Source: Caldanaerobacter sp.
GTDB taxonomy: Bacteria; Bacillota; Thermoanaerobacteria; Thermoanaerobacterales; Thermoanaerobacteraceae
Length of the DNA stretch: 64,000 nt
Assembly (NCBI RefSeq): GCF_049701115.1
Contig: NZ_JBNATX010000001.1
Span: 166,698-230,697 of the forward strand
Direction of reading: 5' to 3'
Of this stretch, positions 37,036 to 48,053 are shown piece after piece. The translations under genes and the position numbers were made by a program. Positions within the stretch are counted from its first letter, which is position 1; each line of letters begins with the position of its first letter. The notes beneath the pieces were generated by a model. It did not search any database, was not told the DNA's origin, and worked only from the letters and a program-made list of their open reading frames with translations.

Positions 37036-37548
37036 TCATAAAAACAATATGACTATAGCAAGCCCTAATAAAAATCCCAGGTTGTTATACAGTTTCTCGT
37101 TTCTCCTACCCTCCTCTTCTGCGAAATCGAGCTGTCTTTTTAAAAGGTCCAACGTCATGTTAAAGTTCTTTTCTTGGTTTTCAACATCTGAACTCCCTAA
37201 CGAATTCCCAAAGGCAATCAATATTTCTTTATCCTCCTTTGTCAGGTAACCTCTATCCCACTCTTTTAACCCCTTTTCCCAGGCCTCTGCTGCAGTCAAA
37301 CCAATCTGCTCCCCTAAATAGAAAGAAGCTTTATAAAACAGTTCTGATACCAACTTGTCTGAGGAGGAAGCCACTTTTTTAAACGCTCTTTCAAGAGGTG
37401 TTCTTGAATAAGTTATTTCTATTTTTAAAATATTGAGGGCGGTTATAAAGCTTTTTATAATCCATCTTCTCGCTCTGAATTTCATTGCCATCAAATATCC
37501 TATAGAAGTCGTAGATATAAGGGTAAGAACCATTCCTATAACCTTCAA
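37036..37548 (-). CDS. spoIIIAB: SpoIIIAB
   Basis: EITYSRTPL, LGSSDVENQEK, LGFLLGLAIVILF. Confidence 0.92.
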   Translation of the reverse strand: MKVIGMVLTLISTTSIGYLMAMKFRARRWIIKSFITALNILKIEITYSRTPLERAFKKVASSSDKLVSELFYKASFYLGEQIGLTAAEAWEKGLKEWDRGYLTKEDKEILIAFGNSLGSSDVENQEKNFNMTLDLLKRQLDFAEEEGRRNEKLYNNLGFLLGLAIVILFL

Positions 37549-38543
37549 TTAAACTTCAACTCCTTTTTATAAGGCCCTTTAAAAATTGGCTTCATCTCCT
37601 CATCCAGTATTTCTTCTATCGTGCCTGCTCCAAAGCGCTTGCTCAATATTATATACCTTTCAAAGTACTTACCTTCCACCAAATCTTTTAAATAAGGTCT
37701 TTTCTTAAGGTCCTCAATGTTTTTAGCGTGGACTGTTGTAATTATTTTGACTCCTGCATTCAAAACATGCCTTAAAGCTTCTATATCTTCTTCCCTCCCA
37801 ATTTCATCTGTAACAACTACCTGTGGAGACATAGACCTTATCGCCATTATCATCCCATGCGCCTTAGGACATCTATCTAAAACGTCCGTCCTTATACCTA
37901 CATCAAGTTGAGGTATTCCATTGTAACAACCTGCAATTTCAGACCTTTCATCTATGATGCAGACCTTCTTCCCGCTAACCCCCATGAAACCATTGCTTAA
38001 AGTTCTGGCTACATCCCTCAATAGAGTAGTCTTGCCGCACTGAGGAGGCGAAATTATCAAAAGATTGTACACCTCTTTGCTGCTATCCACTAAATACTTT
38101 ATTATTTCTTCTGCTACTCCTTTTACCTCTTTGGATACACGATAATTAAATCCTGAAACATTTTTAATAATTTTTATCCCTTTATCTTCTACTATGCATT
38201 CTCCCGCAAGCCCCACCCTGTATCCTCCTTTTAAGGTTATATAACCACCTTTTATCTCCTCTTCAAAGGCATACAAGGAAGACTGGGATACCAACTGAAA
38301 AGCCTTTTCGCAATCCTCCGGTGTTACAATATAGGCTGAAGAAAAAGAACCTGAAATTTTACCAGATGCAGAAACAAATTTTTCTTCTCCATCTAAGTAA
38401 ACTACAAGAGGCCTGTTGACTCTCAATCTCACTTCTTCTATCTTTTCAAGAGTTCCCTCCGGCAATTTAATCAATAAATTTCTCAACGAAGGTGGGAAAG
38501 CGTAGAGTAAGCCTTTAATCCCTTCTCTTCCGTTCATATACAT
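37545..38543 (-). CDS. spoIIIAA: SpoIIIAA ATPase
   Basis: EEVRLR, SPPQCGKTTLLRD, DERSEIAG, RSMSPQVVVTDEIG. Confidence 0.95.
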   Translation of the reverse strand: MYMNGREGIKGLLYAFPPSLRNLLIKLPEGTLEKIEEVRLRVNRPLVVYLDGEEKFVSASGKISGSFSSAYIVTPEDCEKAFQLVSQSSLYAFEEEIKGGYITLKGGYRVGLAGECIVEDKGIKIIKNVSGFNYRVSKEVKGVAEEIIKYLVDSSKEVYNLLIISPPQCGKTTLLRDVARTLSNGFMGVSGKKVCIIDERSEIAGCYNGIPQLDVGIRTDVLDRCPKAHGMIMAIRSMSPQVVVTDEIGREEDIEALRHVLNAGVKIITTVHAKNIEDLKKRPYLKDLVEGKYFERYIILSKRFGAGTIEEILDEEMKPIFKGPYKKELKFN

Positions 38544-38562
38544 GTCCCTCCTCTTTGTAACA

Positions 38563-38591
38563 ATTATATTTTTGCACCTTCCCATTTATGA
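38563..38591 (-). promoter_or_regulatory. SigmaE-type promoter of spoIIIA
   Basis: TCATA-N16-AATATAAT. Confidence 0.5.
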
Positions 38592-38593
38592 AT

Positions 38594-38634
38594 AAAAAAA
38601 TCCCCGCTGATTTAAAATCAGCGAGGATTTTTTT
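38594..38634 (-). terminator. Terminator upstream of spoIIIAA
   Basis: aaaaaaatcc(c)cgctgat/atcagcg(a)ggattttttt inverted repeat. Confidence 0.75.
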
Positions 38635-39110
38635 CAGTCTTCATCATCATCTACAATTTTCAAATCTTTTACTTTTATAGTAGCATTGCAGTGAGGACAA
38701 ACCAGCTCCGCATCTTCATCTTCCAAAAGTTCTTCTTCTACACTCATCAACATATGGCAATTAGGACATTCAACTTCTACATATTCTTCATAATCTTCGT
38801 CTTCGTCTTCTTCATCATCTTCATCGTAATCATAGTCATAATCCTCATCGTCCTCGTCATATTCATAGTCCTCTTCCTCGTCCTCATCGCCATAAAGTGT
38901 ATCCTCAATCTCTGAAAGGTCCTCATCCAGTTCCTCTACGTAATTGTTAAGTTCGGATTGGGAAGCCTCTAATTCATTTATTGCATCAGCAAAGTCTTCA
39001 AGAGCATCAAGAATAGCTAATATGAGCTTGCCTTCTTTAGTGCTGTCATCTATGCCTAAGCCGTCTGCTAGCCCTCTTAAATAGGAAACTCTCTCGTTTA
39101 AGTACTCCAT
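38634..39110 (-). CDS. CD1247-like highly acidic protein with C-terminal zinc ribbon
   Basis: ERVSYLRGLADGL N-terminus, long D/E/Y tract, CPNC...CPHC. Confidence 0.8.
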   Translation of the reverse strand: MEYLNERVSYLRGLADGLGIDDSTKEGKLILAILDALEDFADAINELEASQSELNNYVEELDEDLSEIEDTLYGDEDEEEDYEYDEDDEDYDYDYDEDDEEDEDEDYEEYVEVECPNCHMLMSVEEELLEDEDAELVCPHCNATIKVKDLKIVDDDED

Positions 39111-39157
39111 TTTAAACTACCCTCCTTCACAAAATAGTATTTGAAATTTTGCTGCGT

Positions 39158-39715
39158 TTATACTCTTTCTATGTATTCCCCAGTGCGTGTATCGATTTTT
39201 ATTTTGTCTCCTACATTTATAAAAAGTGGCACCTGGATGACAGCCCCAGTTTCTACAGTTGCTGGCTTTGAACCTCCTGTAACGGTATCTCCTCTCACGC
39301 CCGGTTCCGTGTCTATTACTTCAAGCTCCACGAAGGTTGGAGGCTCTACTGAAAAAGCTTCGCCTTTATAAAATTTTACAGTAACTACCATATTCTCTTT
39401 TACATACTTCATCGCTTCTTCTACTTTATCATAACTTAAAGGAATCTGTTCATAAGTCTCCGTGTCCATAAAATAATAGAATTCTCCATCGTTATAGAGA
39501 TACTGCATCTCCCTTCTCTCTATCTGTGCTTCTTCAAACTTTTCAGTAGGGCTAAAAGTCCTCTCTATAACAGCACCAGTCATTATATTTTTGAGCTTTG
39601 TTCTGACAAATGCTGCACCTTTTCCGGGCTTTACATGCATAAAGTCTACAACTGTAAAAATCTGGCCGTCAACCTCAATAGTTACTCCTTTTCTGAAATC
39701 CCCTGCTGCTATCAA
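39158..39715 (-). CDS. efp: Elongation factor P
   Basis: [29 protein letters not shown]. Confidence 0.98.
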   Translation of the reverse strand: MIAAGDFRKGVTIEVDGQIFTVVDFMHVKPGKGAAFVRTKLKNIMTGAVIERTFSPTEKFEEAQIERREMQYLYNDGEFYYFMDTETYEQIPLSYDKVEEAMKYVKENMVVTVKFYKGEAFSVEPPTFVELEVIDTEPGVRGDTVTGGSKPATVETGAVIQVPLFINVGDKIKIDTRTGEYIERV

Positions 39716-39733
39716 AAAAATCCCTCCATGACT

Positions 39734-40801
39734 TTAGTTTATTTCAATTAATTGTTTAGGTGAATTGGTTAAATTTATAACACCATCTTCTTTTAATAAT
39801 ACCATATCTTCGATTCTTACGCCACCGAAATCAGGAATATATATTCCCGGTTCTACTGTAACAACCGCGCCTTCTTTTAAAATTTCTTCTTTTCTGAAAG
39901 TCAGACTTGGCGCCTCATGTACTTCGAGTCCGACACCATGCCCCAAAGAATGGCTAAAATACGGGCCATAACCTTTTTCTTCTATCACAGACCTTGCTAA
40001 ATAATCAGCCTCTTTGGAGCTAATCCCTGCTTTTAAATTTTTAATGGCATTTTCCTGAGCTTCTAAAACTATATTGTATATTTCTTTTTGCTTTTCACTG
40101 GCTTTCCCAATTACTATAGTCCTCGTCATGTCAGAGCAGTAGCCTGAGACTTTGCATCCAAAGTCGATTGTGACAAAATCTCCCTTTTCAATTACTTTAT
40201 CTGAAGCTTTTCCATGAGGGAGAGAAGACCTCTTTCCGGAAGCCACGATAGTTTCAAAGGCTAGGTCCTCCGCTCCATTCTTTTTCATGAAATATTCAAG
40301 TTCTAGTGCCACTTCTTTTTCTGTCATGCCAGGTTTTATAAAATTCAAAATGTGCTCAAAAGCTCTATCAGTTATGCTCTGCGCCTTTTTTATGAGATTT
40401 ATCTCTTCTTTATCTTTTACCATCCTTAAATTCTCAACTAAACCTGCCTGAGGTATAAGCTCTACCCCTTCTAAAGCTTCTTTCAATTCTCTATACTGCC
40501 CGTATGTCACATTTTCTTCAAAAGCCAATCTCTTTATTCCCAATTTCTTAATGTATTCTTTCAAGACATCTTTTATTCCAGTTTTGTGTTCCACAATCTC
40601 AAAATCTTTGACTTCCTTTTGTGCCTGCTCCGTATACCTCCCATCGGTGATAAAAATAGCGGCATCATCAGTTATCAAGGCTACGCTGTCATCCCCAGTA
40701 AAACCTGTTATGTAGGTAACATTTACAAATTTGTAAATTACAAAAGCTTCTATATTTTTTTCTCTCATTGACTTACGCAAATTGCTAAGCCTAGTGTTCA
40801 C
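39734..40801 (-). CDS. Xaa-Pro peptidase (M24)
   Basis: SLPHG, DFG...YCSDMTRT, HSLGHGVG, EPGIY, GGVRIED; GTG start at 40801. Confidence 0.92.
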   Translation of the reverse strand: MNTRLSNLRKSMREKNIEAFVIYKFVNVTYITGFTGDDSVALITDDAAIFITDGRYTEQAQKEVKDFEIVEHKTGIKDVLKEYIKKLGIKRLAFEENVTYGQYRELKEALEGVELIPQAGLVENLRMVKDKEEINLIKKAQSITDRAFEHILNFIKPGMTEKEVALELEYFMKKNGAEDLAFETIVASGKRSSLPHGKASDKVIEKGDFVTIDFGCKVSGYCSDMTRTIVIGKASEKQKEIYNIVLEAQENAIKNLKAGISSKEADYLARSVIEEKGYGPYFSHSLGHGVGLEVHEAPSLTFRKEEILKEGAVVTVEPGIYIPDFGGVRIEDMVLLKEDGVINLTNSPKQLIEIN

Positions 40802-40805
40802 TATT

Positions 40806-41252
40806 CTACCCCCCAATTGAATCCTCTAAAAATTTTACAGCGTAAAGAGCCAGTATGTAGCTATATGGCCCAAAGCCCGTAATCACTCCCTTGCAGCGAG
40901 AAGCAGTGACAGATACCCTTCTGAATTCCTCCCTTCCAAAAATATTAGATATGTGCACTTCAATCACAGGGACAGAAACAGAGGCAATTGCATCCATTAT
41001 AGCCAAGCTGTAATGGGTATAAGCTGCTGGATTTATTATTATGGCATCGAAATTGTTTTCGGCAGAGTGAATGAGGTTTATTATCTCTCCTTCACTGTTG
41101 GACTGCTGAATTTTTACTGCAATGTCGAGTTTCGCAGCTTCTCTTTTTATCATGTTGTTTATCTCTTCAAAAGTGATTTCTCCATAGACTTCTTTTTCCC
41201 TCTTCCCAGTGAGATTCACATTGGGGCCATGAATTACGAGCACCCTTTTCAT
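40806..41252 (-). CDS. aroQ: Type II 3-dehydroquinate dehydratase
   Basis: [28 protein letters not shown]. Confidence 0.95.
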   Translation of the reverse strand: MKRVLVIHGPNVNLTGKREKEVYGEITFEEINNMIKREAAKLDIAVKIQQSNSEGEIINLIHSAENNFDAIIINPAAYTHYSLAIMDAIASVSVPVIEVHISNIFGREEFRRVSVTASRCKGVITGFGPYSYILALYAVKFLEDSIGG

Positions 41253-41281
41253 AATATCACCTCACGTTACTATAATACACC

Positions 41282-42526
41282 TTACTTCCTTATTTGTCCA
41301 CTGCCCAAAATCACATATTTGTAGGTCGTAAGCTCTTTAAGCCCCATAGGCCCTCTTGCGTGCATTTTTTGAGTGCTTATACCTATTTCCGCCCCAAATC
41401 CAAATTCTCCTCCGTCGGTAAACCTAGTAGAAGCGTTCACATATACTGCAGCAGAATCTACAGATTTTAAAAATCTCATGGCATTAGTGTAATTTTCAGT
41501 TACAATGCTCTCAGAATGACCTGTAGAATACTTAGAAATGTGCTCCAATGCCTCATCTATATTCTCTACAACTTTTACCGCTAATATGAGGTCAAGGTAC
41601 TCTGTAGCCCAGTCCTCTTCTGTGGCTTCTTTTACATCAGGGCATATCCTTTTTGTAAGCTCACAGCCTCTTATTTCTACCCCATGAGATGACAGTTCTT
41701 TTACCATAACAGGCAGGAATTTTTCTGCTATGCTCTTATGCACCAAAACAGTCTCTACTGCATTGCACACCCCAGGCCTTTGAACCTTCGCATTTACAAT
41801 TATGTCCTTTGCCATTTCAAAATTTGCACTCTCATCCACAAAAATGTGGCAATTTCCAACTCCCGTTTCTATAACAGGTACAGTAGAATTTTCAATAACA
41901 TTTTTGATAAGGCTTGCCCCACCTCTTGGGATGATAAGGTCAATCAAGCCGTTTAACTTCATCATCCTATTTACTTCTTCCCTGTCAGTATTTTCAATAA
42001 GCTGTATCGCTCCTTCCGGAATACCACTTTTGTAAGCAGCTTCTGCCAGAATAGAAGCAATAGCGATATTAGAATTTATAGCATCACTTCCTCCTCTTAA
42101 AATCACAGCATTTCCTGCTTTAAGGCAAAGGCCTGCGGCATCAGCTGTGACATTGGGGCGTGATTCGTATATAATGCCTATGACGCCTATGGGAACGCGC
42201 ATCTTTCCTATTTGAAGTCCATTGGGCCTTATCCACATTTCCTCTATATCTCCGACAGGGTCTTTCAAAGAAGCCACTTCTTTTAATCCTTCTGCCATAG
42301 CCTTTATCCTTTTTTCATCCAATTTTAGCCTGTCTACAAGAGAGGCTTTTAAATTTCTCTTTTCTGCTTCTAAAACGTCTTTTTCATTGGCTTTCAAAAT
42401 TTTATCCGTACTTCCCAAAAGAGCTTCTGCCATATTAATAAGAGCCCTATTTTTAGTATCAGTATCTATAACAGCCATTTTTCTTGACGCTTCTTTCGCC
42501 TTTTTAGCCTTTACTTCAACTTCCAT
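41282..42526 (-). CDS. proA: Gamma-glutamyl phosphate reductase
   Basis: [37 protein letters not shown]. Confidence 0.96.
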   Translation of the reverse strand: MEVEVKAKKAKEASRKMAVIDTDTKNRALINMAEALLGSTDKILKANEKDVLEAEKRNLKASLVDRLKLDEKRIKAMAEGLKEVASLKDPVGDIEEMWIRPNGLQIGKMRVPIGVIGIIYESRPNVTADAAGLCLKAGNAVILRGGSDAINSNIAIASILAEAAYKSGIPEGAIQLIENTDREEVNRMMKLNGLIDLIIPRGGASLIKNVIENSTVPVIETGVGNCHIFVDESANFEMAKDIIVNAKVQRPGVCNAVETVLVHKSIAEKFLPVMVKELSSHGVEIRGCELTKRICPDVKEATEEDWATEYLDLILAVKVVENIDEALEHISKYSTGHSESIVTENYTNAMRFLKSVDSAAVYVNASTRFTDGGEFGFGAEIGISTQKMHARGPMGLKELTTYKYVILGSGQIRK

Positions 42527-43634
42527 ACTTTTCACCCCTCTCAAGAACTACAAGGTTGTCCCTGTGAATCACCTCATCGTAGTATTTATATCCCAGTATT
42601 GATTCTATGTCATGGGTCTTACAGCCTTTTATTTTTTCGACTTCTTCGGAAGAATAATTGACAAGCCCTCTAGCTATTTCCCTGCCCTGGTGGTCCACCA
42701 CCGCCACGCAGTCCCCCACGTCATACTGGCCTTCTGTCTTTACAACACCACTTGGCAGCAAGCTTTTTCCATGTTTGACTAAAGCCTTCGCCGCACCCTC
42801 ATCCACAAACAAAAAACCATTCACCTTCGCATTGAAGGCAATCCAGATTTTTCTACTGCTTATGGGATTTTTCATTGGAAGAAAAGTAGTCCCAATCTTT
42901 TCTCCTGCGGCAAGTCTATTTAATATATTGTCAATTTTGCCATTTGCAATGACCATCTTGACTCCTGAATTATAACATATCTTAGCAGCCTGGATCTTTG
43001 TGTACATTCCCCCTGTGCCTCTCTTTGTACCTGCCCCGCCAGCAATTTTAAAAAGGTCATCAGAAAACTCCTCAACCACTTCTATAACTTTAGCATCCCT
43101 ATGGATTCTCGGGTCCTTGTCAAAAAGACCATCGATATCAGTCAGAATAATCAAAAGGTCTGCCTCAACAAGGCTTGCCACAAGAGCCGCTAAGGTATCA
43201 TTATCCCCAATTTTTATTTCCTCCACTGCCACAGTGTCATTTTCATTTATGATAGGTATGACCCCCCAATTAAGAAGGTTAGAGAGGGTGTAACTCATAT
43301 TTAAATACCTTTTTCTGTCACTAAAGTCCTCCCTTGTCAAAAGAAGCTGGGCAGTTATTTTCCCGTATTCGTTGAAAAATTTCTCGTAAATCTCTATAAG
43401 AAGACCTTGCCCAATGGCTGCCAGTGCTTGCTTTTGCGGAAGGTTTTTGGGCTTTTCTGTCAAGTTTAATTTTCCCATTCCAGCTCCAATCGCCCCAGAC
43501 GTCACAAGTATAACTTCTTCGCCTTTATTTGACAAATTTGCAATTTGTCTTACTAATTTCTCCATTATTTCTAAATTCAATTTCCCATTTTCATGAGTCA
43601 AAGTGCTAGTCCCAACCTTAACCACAATCCTCAT
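42516..43634 (-). CDS. proB: Glutamate 5-kinase with PUA domain
   Basis: [28 protein letters not shown]. Confidence 0.96.
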   Translation of the reverse strand: MRIVVKVGTSTLTHENGKLNLEIMEKLVRQIANLSNKGEEVILVTSGAIGAGMGKLNLTEKPKNLPQKQALAAIGQGLLIEIYEKFFNEYGKITAQLLLTREDFSDRKRYLNMSYTLSNLLNWGVIPIINENDTVAVEEIKIGDNDTLAALVASLVEADLLIILTDIDGLFDKDPRIHRDAKVIEVVEEFSDDLFKIAGGAGTKRGTGGMYTKIQAAKICYNSGVKMVIANGKIDNILNRLAAGEKIGTTFLPMKNPISSRKIWIAFNAKVNGFLFVDEGAAKALVKHGKSLLPSGVVKTEGQYDVGDCVAVVDHQGREIARGLVNYSSEEVEKIKGCKTHDIESILGYKYYDEVIHRDNLVVLERGEKYGS

Positions 43635-44497
43635 GTTTTTGACACCCTTTTTGCCACCTCTTGATATATTCTCTTAAGTTCCAATGCGTCTTCCGCCATT
43701 CTCTCGCGAGATTCACAGATAACTATAGGCTCCATATTCCTTTCATAAAAAAGCTGAGCCAGTGGCTCAAATTCGGGCCCGTATTCTTTATCAAGCAATG
43801 TCCAGTGCCTCTTCTCCCCCTGCTCTGTAAATTCAATTCTGCTAAAATGAACGTGTATAATTTTTGCCCTATCTTTTCCTAGATACTTTTCTATCGTGTT
43901 TAAAACTTCTTCATAATCTTCCATAGATTTAAACCTTCCATTGTCTCTTGCATGCAAATGAGCAAAATCCACGGTAGGAAGAAGTCTTTCATCTAGCTGA
44001 CAGAGTTCCAAGACTTCCTCCAAAGTGCCCAGCTGATTTTTCTTGCCCATCGTCTCGGGACACAAGGTTATATGACCCAGTCCCAAGTCATCAGCTTCTT
44101 TTATAACCTCCTTCAAAACCTTTTTTGCTCTATCAAGTGCTTCTCTTCTGTCTAAAGATGCAGAACCGGGGTGAAACGTAACTCTTTTTGCCCCCATTAA
44201 ATTTCCTGCGGTCAAACTTTCAATTATGTACCTTTTAGAGTTTTTTATCTTTTCCTCTTCTTCTGCGGCAAGGTTTATGTAATAAGGAGCATGAATTGTA
44301 ATTGTAATATTAAATTTTTCTGCATTCTCTTTGAGCTGCAAAGCCAATTTTTCGCTTATTCTCACCCCTCTAGAAAAAGAGTATTCATAAGCCTCAAGTC
44401 CCATTTTATGAAGCCATTCTGGCATCTCAGCGGAAGACTTATGTCCCTCGTCGTAAAAGCTCTGTGAGATCCCAGAGGGTCCAAACTTAATCCCCAA
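43631..44497 (-). CDS. Endonuclease IV-like TIM-barrel protein
   Basis: HAPYYINL, FHPG, ETMGK, DFAHLHAR, HVHFS. Confidence 0.75.
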   Translation of the reverse strand: MGIKFGPSGISQSFYDEGHKSSAEMPEWLHKMGLEAYEYSFSRGVRISEKLALQLKENAEKFNITITIHAPYYINLAAEEEEKIKNSKRYIIESLTAGNLMGAKRVTFHPGSASLDRREALDRAKKVLKEVIKEADDLGLGHITLCPETMGKKNQLGTLEEVLELCQLDERLLPTVDFAHLHARDNGRFKSMEDYEEVLNTIEKYLGKDRAKIIHVHFSRIEFTEQGEKRHWTLLDKEYGPEFEPLAQLFYERNMEPIVICESRERMAEDALELKRIYQEVAKRVSKT

Positions 44498-44503
44498 CTT
44501 TTA

Positions 44504-45019
44504 TCATCTCCCCTTGAGCTTTATATATGCTCTTATGACTTCTTCAGCAACTTCCTCTATTGTCTTGTCAGAGACGTCTATGGTATAATCTGCAAATCTG
44601 TAAAAAGGTTCTCTTTCCTCTAAAAGTTCTCTTATCCTCTTTTCAGGGTCTTCCACCGCAAGAAGAGGCCTATCTTTTGTTTTGGATATATTCCTTAAAA
44701 TTACTTCCGGCCTTGCTTTTAAGAGAATAACCACTCCATTTTTTCTTAATTGTACAATATTTGAAGGGTTTAATACAACCCCGCCTCCTGTAGCTATTAC
44801 GTGATTTTTTAGGCGAGAGGCTTTTATGACAGCCGCTTTTTCCAACTTTCTAAAGTATTCTTCCCCATGCTTTTCAAATATTTCCGCCACACTCATGCCT
44901 GCCATTTTCTCAACCAGCTTGTCAGTGTCAATAAAACTAAAATGAAGAGTAGTTGCTACTTTTTTCCCTACAGTAGTTTTTCCTGTTCCCATGAATCCTG
45001 TCAAAACTATGTTTTTCAT
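44504..45019 (-). CDS. aroK: Shikimate kinase
   Basis: [26 protein letters not shown]. Confidence 0.95.
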   Translation of the reverse strand: MKNIVLTGFMGTGKTTVGKKVATTLHFSFIDTDKLVEKMAGMSVAEIFEKHGEEYFRKLEKAAVIKASRLKNHVIATGGGVVLNPSNIVQLRKNGVVILLKARPEVILRNISKTKDRPLLAVEDPEKRIRELLEEREPFYRFADYTIDVSDKTIEEVAEEVIRAYIKLKGR

Positions 45020-45033
45020 TCACCATCCCCCTT

Positions 45034-45759
45034 TTATGGTTTGGAAGGTATAGCCTCTTTTAAAATTTTTTCTAAAGTATCAGATATTACCTTGTTCACA
45101 TCTACTGGAGGGGGACTTTCAGTGATACTTTCCTCACTAGCTTTTCCCTCCAATGGTTGAAAAGGATTGGCTTTCCCTTTTGGTGCATTTATCTCAGCCT
45201 TTTTTGCTCCGCTGTCTTTCATGGAATAGGCAAAAAGCAATACATTTAAAAACAAATTTTCGGAATTCGGGTCTTTCTGCATTTCAAAAGACTGAATAGT
45301 TAGAAGCCTCCTAGACTCCTGTAAAGATTTCATGAAGGAAATAAGACCATCATAGGTTCCAAAAGCTGTAACTGATATGGGAGTCACTGTAAATTCTTCT
45401 TTCTGTTCTTTATTTTTTTCCTCTTGACTTGCATTTTCAAAATTAATACTTCTTATTTTTACGCCGGAATCATTTGCTATTCTTTGTAAATCAAGAATTG
45501 CAAATTCAACGTCTTTTTCATCTGGAAGTATTGTGTCCAATTCTTCGACTTCTTTTTCCCACTTCGCCAGACTTTTTTGTAAATTTTCTCCTTTTAAAGA
45601 AGAGAGCTGTGAAAGAATTTGCCTTTTAAGCTTTATCTCTTGTGATAAATTGTCTATCTCTGAAAGCTTTGGAATCAGGTAAAACTGATAGTAAATCGCA
45701 AAAAATGCAAAAACCAGAGCAAAATAGATTAAAAATTTTTCTCTCTTTGTAAGTTTCAT
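45034..45759 (-). CDS. pilO: Type IV pilus assembly protein PilO
   Basis: TM plus coiled coil plus GTYDGLISFM; follows pilM-pilN. Confidence 0.8.
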   Translation of the reverse strand: MKLTKREKFLIYFALVFAFFAIYYQFYLIPKLSEIDNLSQEIKLKRQILSQLSSLKGENLQKSLAKWEKEVEELDTILPDEKDVEFAILDLQRIANDSGVKIRSINFENASQEEKNKEQKEEFTVTPISVTAFGTYDGLISFMKSLQESRRLLTIQSFEMQKDPNSENLFLNVLLFAYSMKDSGAKKAEINAPKGKANPFQPLEGKASEESITESPPPVDVNKVISDTLEKILKEAIPSKP

Positions 45760-46293
45760 CTATGATACCACCCTGACCTTTACTTGAACCACATATTTAT
45801 ATACATTTTTTTCATTAAGCTCTACTGAAAGCACTTTTACATCTTCGACATAATTTATGCTTCTTAAATTTAGCATAAAAACTGCAATATCGCCTTCATG
45901 AAGGGCTTCCCCTTCAATTTCAAGCACCTCGTTGTCATATTTCAAATGAGTTACCGAAACATCTTGAGGAAGATTAGAAGCGACATCTTCAGAAAGCTTG
46001 ACTAAATCAATTTTCTTCTTATTTACCTTATCAATTATGCTTTTTTTCTTTTCTAAATATAAAGATATGTCCTTTATATTCTGCTGAAGCTCTGATACAT
46101 TCCTGTATTTATTGAGCTCTTCGTTGACAATTTTAAGCTCCCCATAAAGCCTGTTCATATAGGCTAAAGGCAAAGCTATTAAGAGGGATATAAAGCCTAA
46201 AAGAAAGGCGGCGGAAAAAAGTTTTAAAGCCACTTTTTTCTTCTTTTGCCTTTCTTCTTTTAATTCTGGCGGTATGAGGTTTATGTCCTTCAA
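45760..46293 (-). CDS. pilN: Type IV pilus assembly protein PilN
   Basis: INLIP motif, TM, coiled coil, LPQDV. Confidence 0.85.
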   Translation of the reverse strand: MKDINLIPPELKEERQKKKKVALKLFSAAFLLGFISLLIALPLAYMNRLYGELKIVNEELNKYRNVSELQQNIKDISLYLEKKKSIIDKVNKKKIDLVKLSEDVASNLPQDVSVTHLKYDNEVLEIEGEALHEGDIAVFMLNLRSINYVEDVKVLSVELNEKNVYKYVVQVKVRVVS

Positions 46294-46294
46294 C

Positions 46295-47236
46295 TTATTC
46301 CCCCCTTAAAAGGCAGCCATAGGCAGGCAAGAAGTATAGATATCTTTCATCCTCTGGAACAATAACTTCAACCTTAAAATAGTCCTTCACATACTCTTTT
46401 AAACCCTTCAATTTTGCATTTCCACCTATCAATAAAATCTTATCTACAGTTTTGTGGTATGTAGCATAGAAAAAGTCAAATATTCGGCTTACCATTTGAA
46501 ACTCTTCGGAAAAATTTTCCCTAAGAATCCCCTCAATATTTTCAATTTCCCTTGTCTCTTTATACTCTTCCGCTGTATCAAAGTCCAAATTAAAAGAACC
46601 TGCGATTGCTCGTGTCAATTTTTTGCCACCAAACTCCAAAAGCTTATTGAGAACAAAATTTCCATGAGATATAATAGTCACATTTGTGATAGAAGAGCCA
46701 AAATCTATTATCGCAACTGTGCCATCTTTTTCTCCGATTTTTTTAAAAGCTTTGTATAAAGAATTTGCGTAAATATCAATGGCTTCCAAGTACAACTTCA
46801 AAGCTTCTGAAAGCTTTACATATTTTTCGACTATTTCCTTTGGGGAAGAAGCTACAAGTACTCTCAATTTTTCTCCATTGCCTTCTAAAGGGGGTAAAAA
46901 TTTAAAGTCAATTACATAATTATACGTATCAGGAATATACTGTTCTATTTCATACTCCAGTGCCTTTTCAACTTCTTCTTCTTTCATCTTGGGCAGCGTA
47001 ATTTCTCTTAAAATGTTCTGTGAACTTGAAATAGAAAAGCATACCCTTTTTTCTCTTATATTGTTTTCCCTTAAAACCTCTCTGATTGCTTCAGCGACCG
47101 TGTTTATGTCCATTATTTTGCCATCGGTTATAACATTAGAAGGGGTCTTCACAAGATATGTACTTCCTAAAAGTTTATTTTTCCTATCTTTTAAAACTAT
47201 CTTTATATTGGCATTCCCTATCTCAATTCCCAGCAT
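46295..47236 (-). CDS. pilM: Type IV pilus assembly protein PilM
   Basis: Actin-like fold: GIEIG, IDFGSSIT, LIGGNAKLKGL. Confidence 0.88.
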   Translation of the reverse strand: MLGIEIGNANIKIVLKDRKNKLLGSTYLVKTPSNVITDGKIMDINTVAEAIREVLRENNIREKRVCFSISSSQNILREITLPKMKEEEVEKALEYEIEQYIPDTYNYVIDFKFLPPLEGNGEKLRVLVASSPKEIVEKYVKLSEALKLYLEAIDIYANSLYKAFKKIGEKDGTVAIIDFGSSITNVTIISHGNFVLNKLLEFGGKKLTRAIAGSFNLDFDTAEEYKETREIENIEGILRENFSEEFQMVSRIFDFFYATYHKTVDKILLIGGNAKLKGLKEYVKDYFKVEVIVPEDERYLYFLPAYGCLLRGE

Positions 47237-47246
47237 CTTTGCACCC

Positions 47247-47507
47247 CTAATGGCGAGGATTTTCTTTCACTTTCATAGCAGCCATAGTTATAGCTTTTAT
47301 TATGTCCACTTCAAACTGCCTCACAAGTTCATTAGTCTTCACATAAAGCTCTCCTTCCTCTGTAACGACATACTTAGGAGGCAAATTATTTAAAGCTAAA
47401 GCTTTTATGTCCATCCTGCACCTTTCGCATTTACAAACGTCAATGTCCTTCAAAACCCTGTCCATCATCTGTTCAACCGCATCTTCCATGTAATTTTTAA
47501 GTTGCAT
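47247..47507 (-). CDS. ComFB family protein
   Basis: KNYME, CKCERCRMDIKALALNNLPPKYVV, NPRH. Confidence 0.9.
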   Translation of the reverse strand: MQLKNYMEDAVEQMMDRVLKDIDVCKCERCRMDIKALALNNLPPKYVVTEEGELYVKTNELVRQFEVDIIKAITMAAMKVKENPRH

Positions 47508-47522
47508 AAAAACCTCTCCTCA

Positions 47523-48053
47523 TCATTTTATTTCCCACTCAGCAACTGTCAAAGGATTTGCTGATTCAAGATTTAGAATAAGCTTTGCATATCCTTCTCT
47601 TTTAATGTTTTTATACTCCCCTTCAGAATAAATGTGAATGGTATATATAAGTCGTTGATACCCACTGTCCATATACATGTTTACCGTATACTTCTGTCCC
47701 ACATCTCCTAAGTATCCGGTTTTTGGATATTTACTAAAAACAGCATTATCGAGGTAATTTTGAACAAAATAGTAAACACTTTTATACAAAAAATCCTTAG
47801 GCACTTTTGGATCAGCATTGTATATGATCAACTGAGCCCTTTGAGCTATATCTGAGAGTAAAGCTTCGTTAAATTCACTCTTCGCAATCTCCAGACCTGC
47901 TTCAGAAGCATATGCAGCAGAAGATGAATCAGCATAGGCTTTAGAAACTCTATAATTTGTAATTGTAACCTCCAAAACAGCAGTTGCCAGCACAGTGAGT
48001 ACCAAAATGACCAACAATGTAAAGATTAAGGCTGATCCCTTCTCATTTAACAC
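47523..48053 (-). CDS. PilX/GspK-like minor pilin
   Basis: KG|SALIFTLLV (no Glu5), AAYASEAGLE. Confidence 0.8.
   Translation of the reverse strand: MLNEKGSALIFTLLVILVLTVLATAVLEVTITNYRVSKAYADSSSAAYASEAGLEIAKSEFNEALLSDIAQRAQLIIYNADPKVPKDFLYKSVYYFVQNYLDNAVFSKYPKTGYLGDVGQKYTVNMYMDSGYQRLIYTIHIYSEGEYKNIKREGYAKLILNLESANPLTVAEWEIK

Noticed and set aside
38790-38890. CRISPR-like or mobile tandem repeat
   Set aside because: The periodicity is coding triplet low complexity (Asp/Glu/Tyr) with no spacers.
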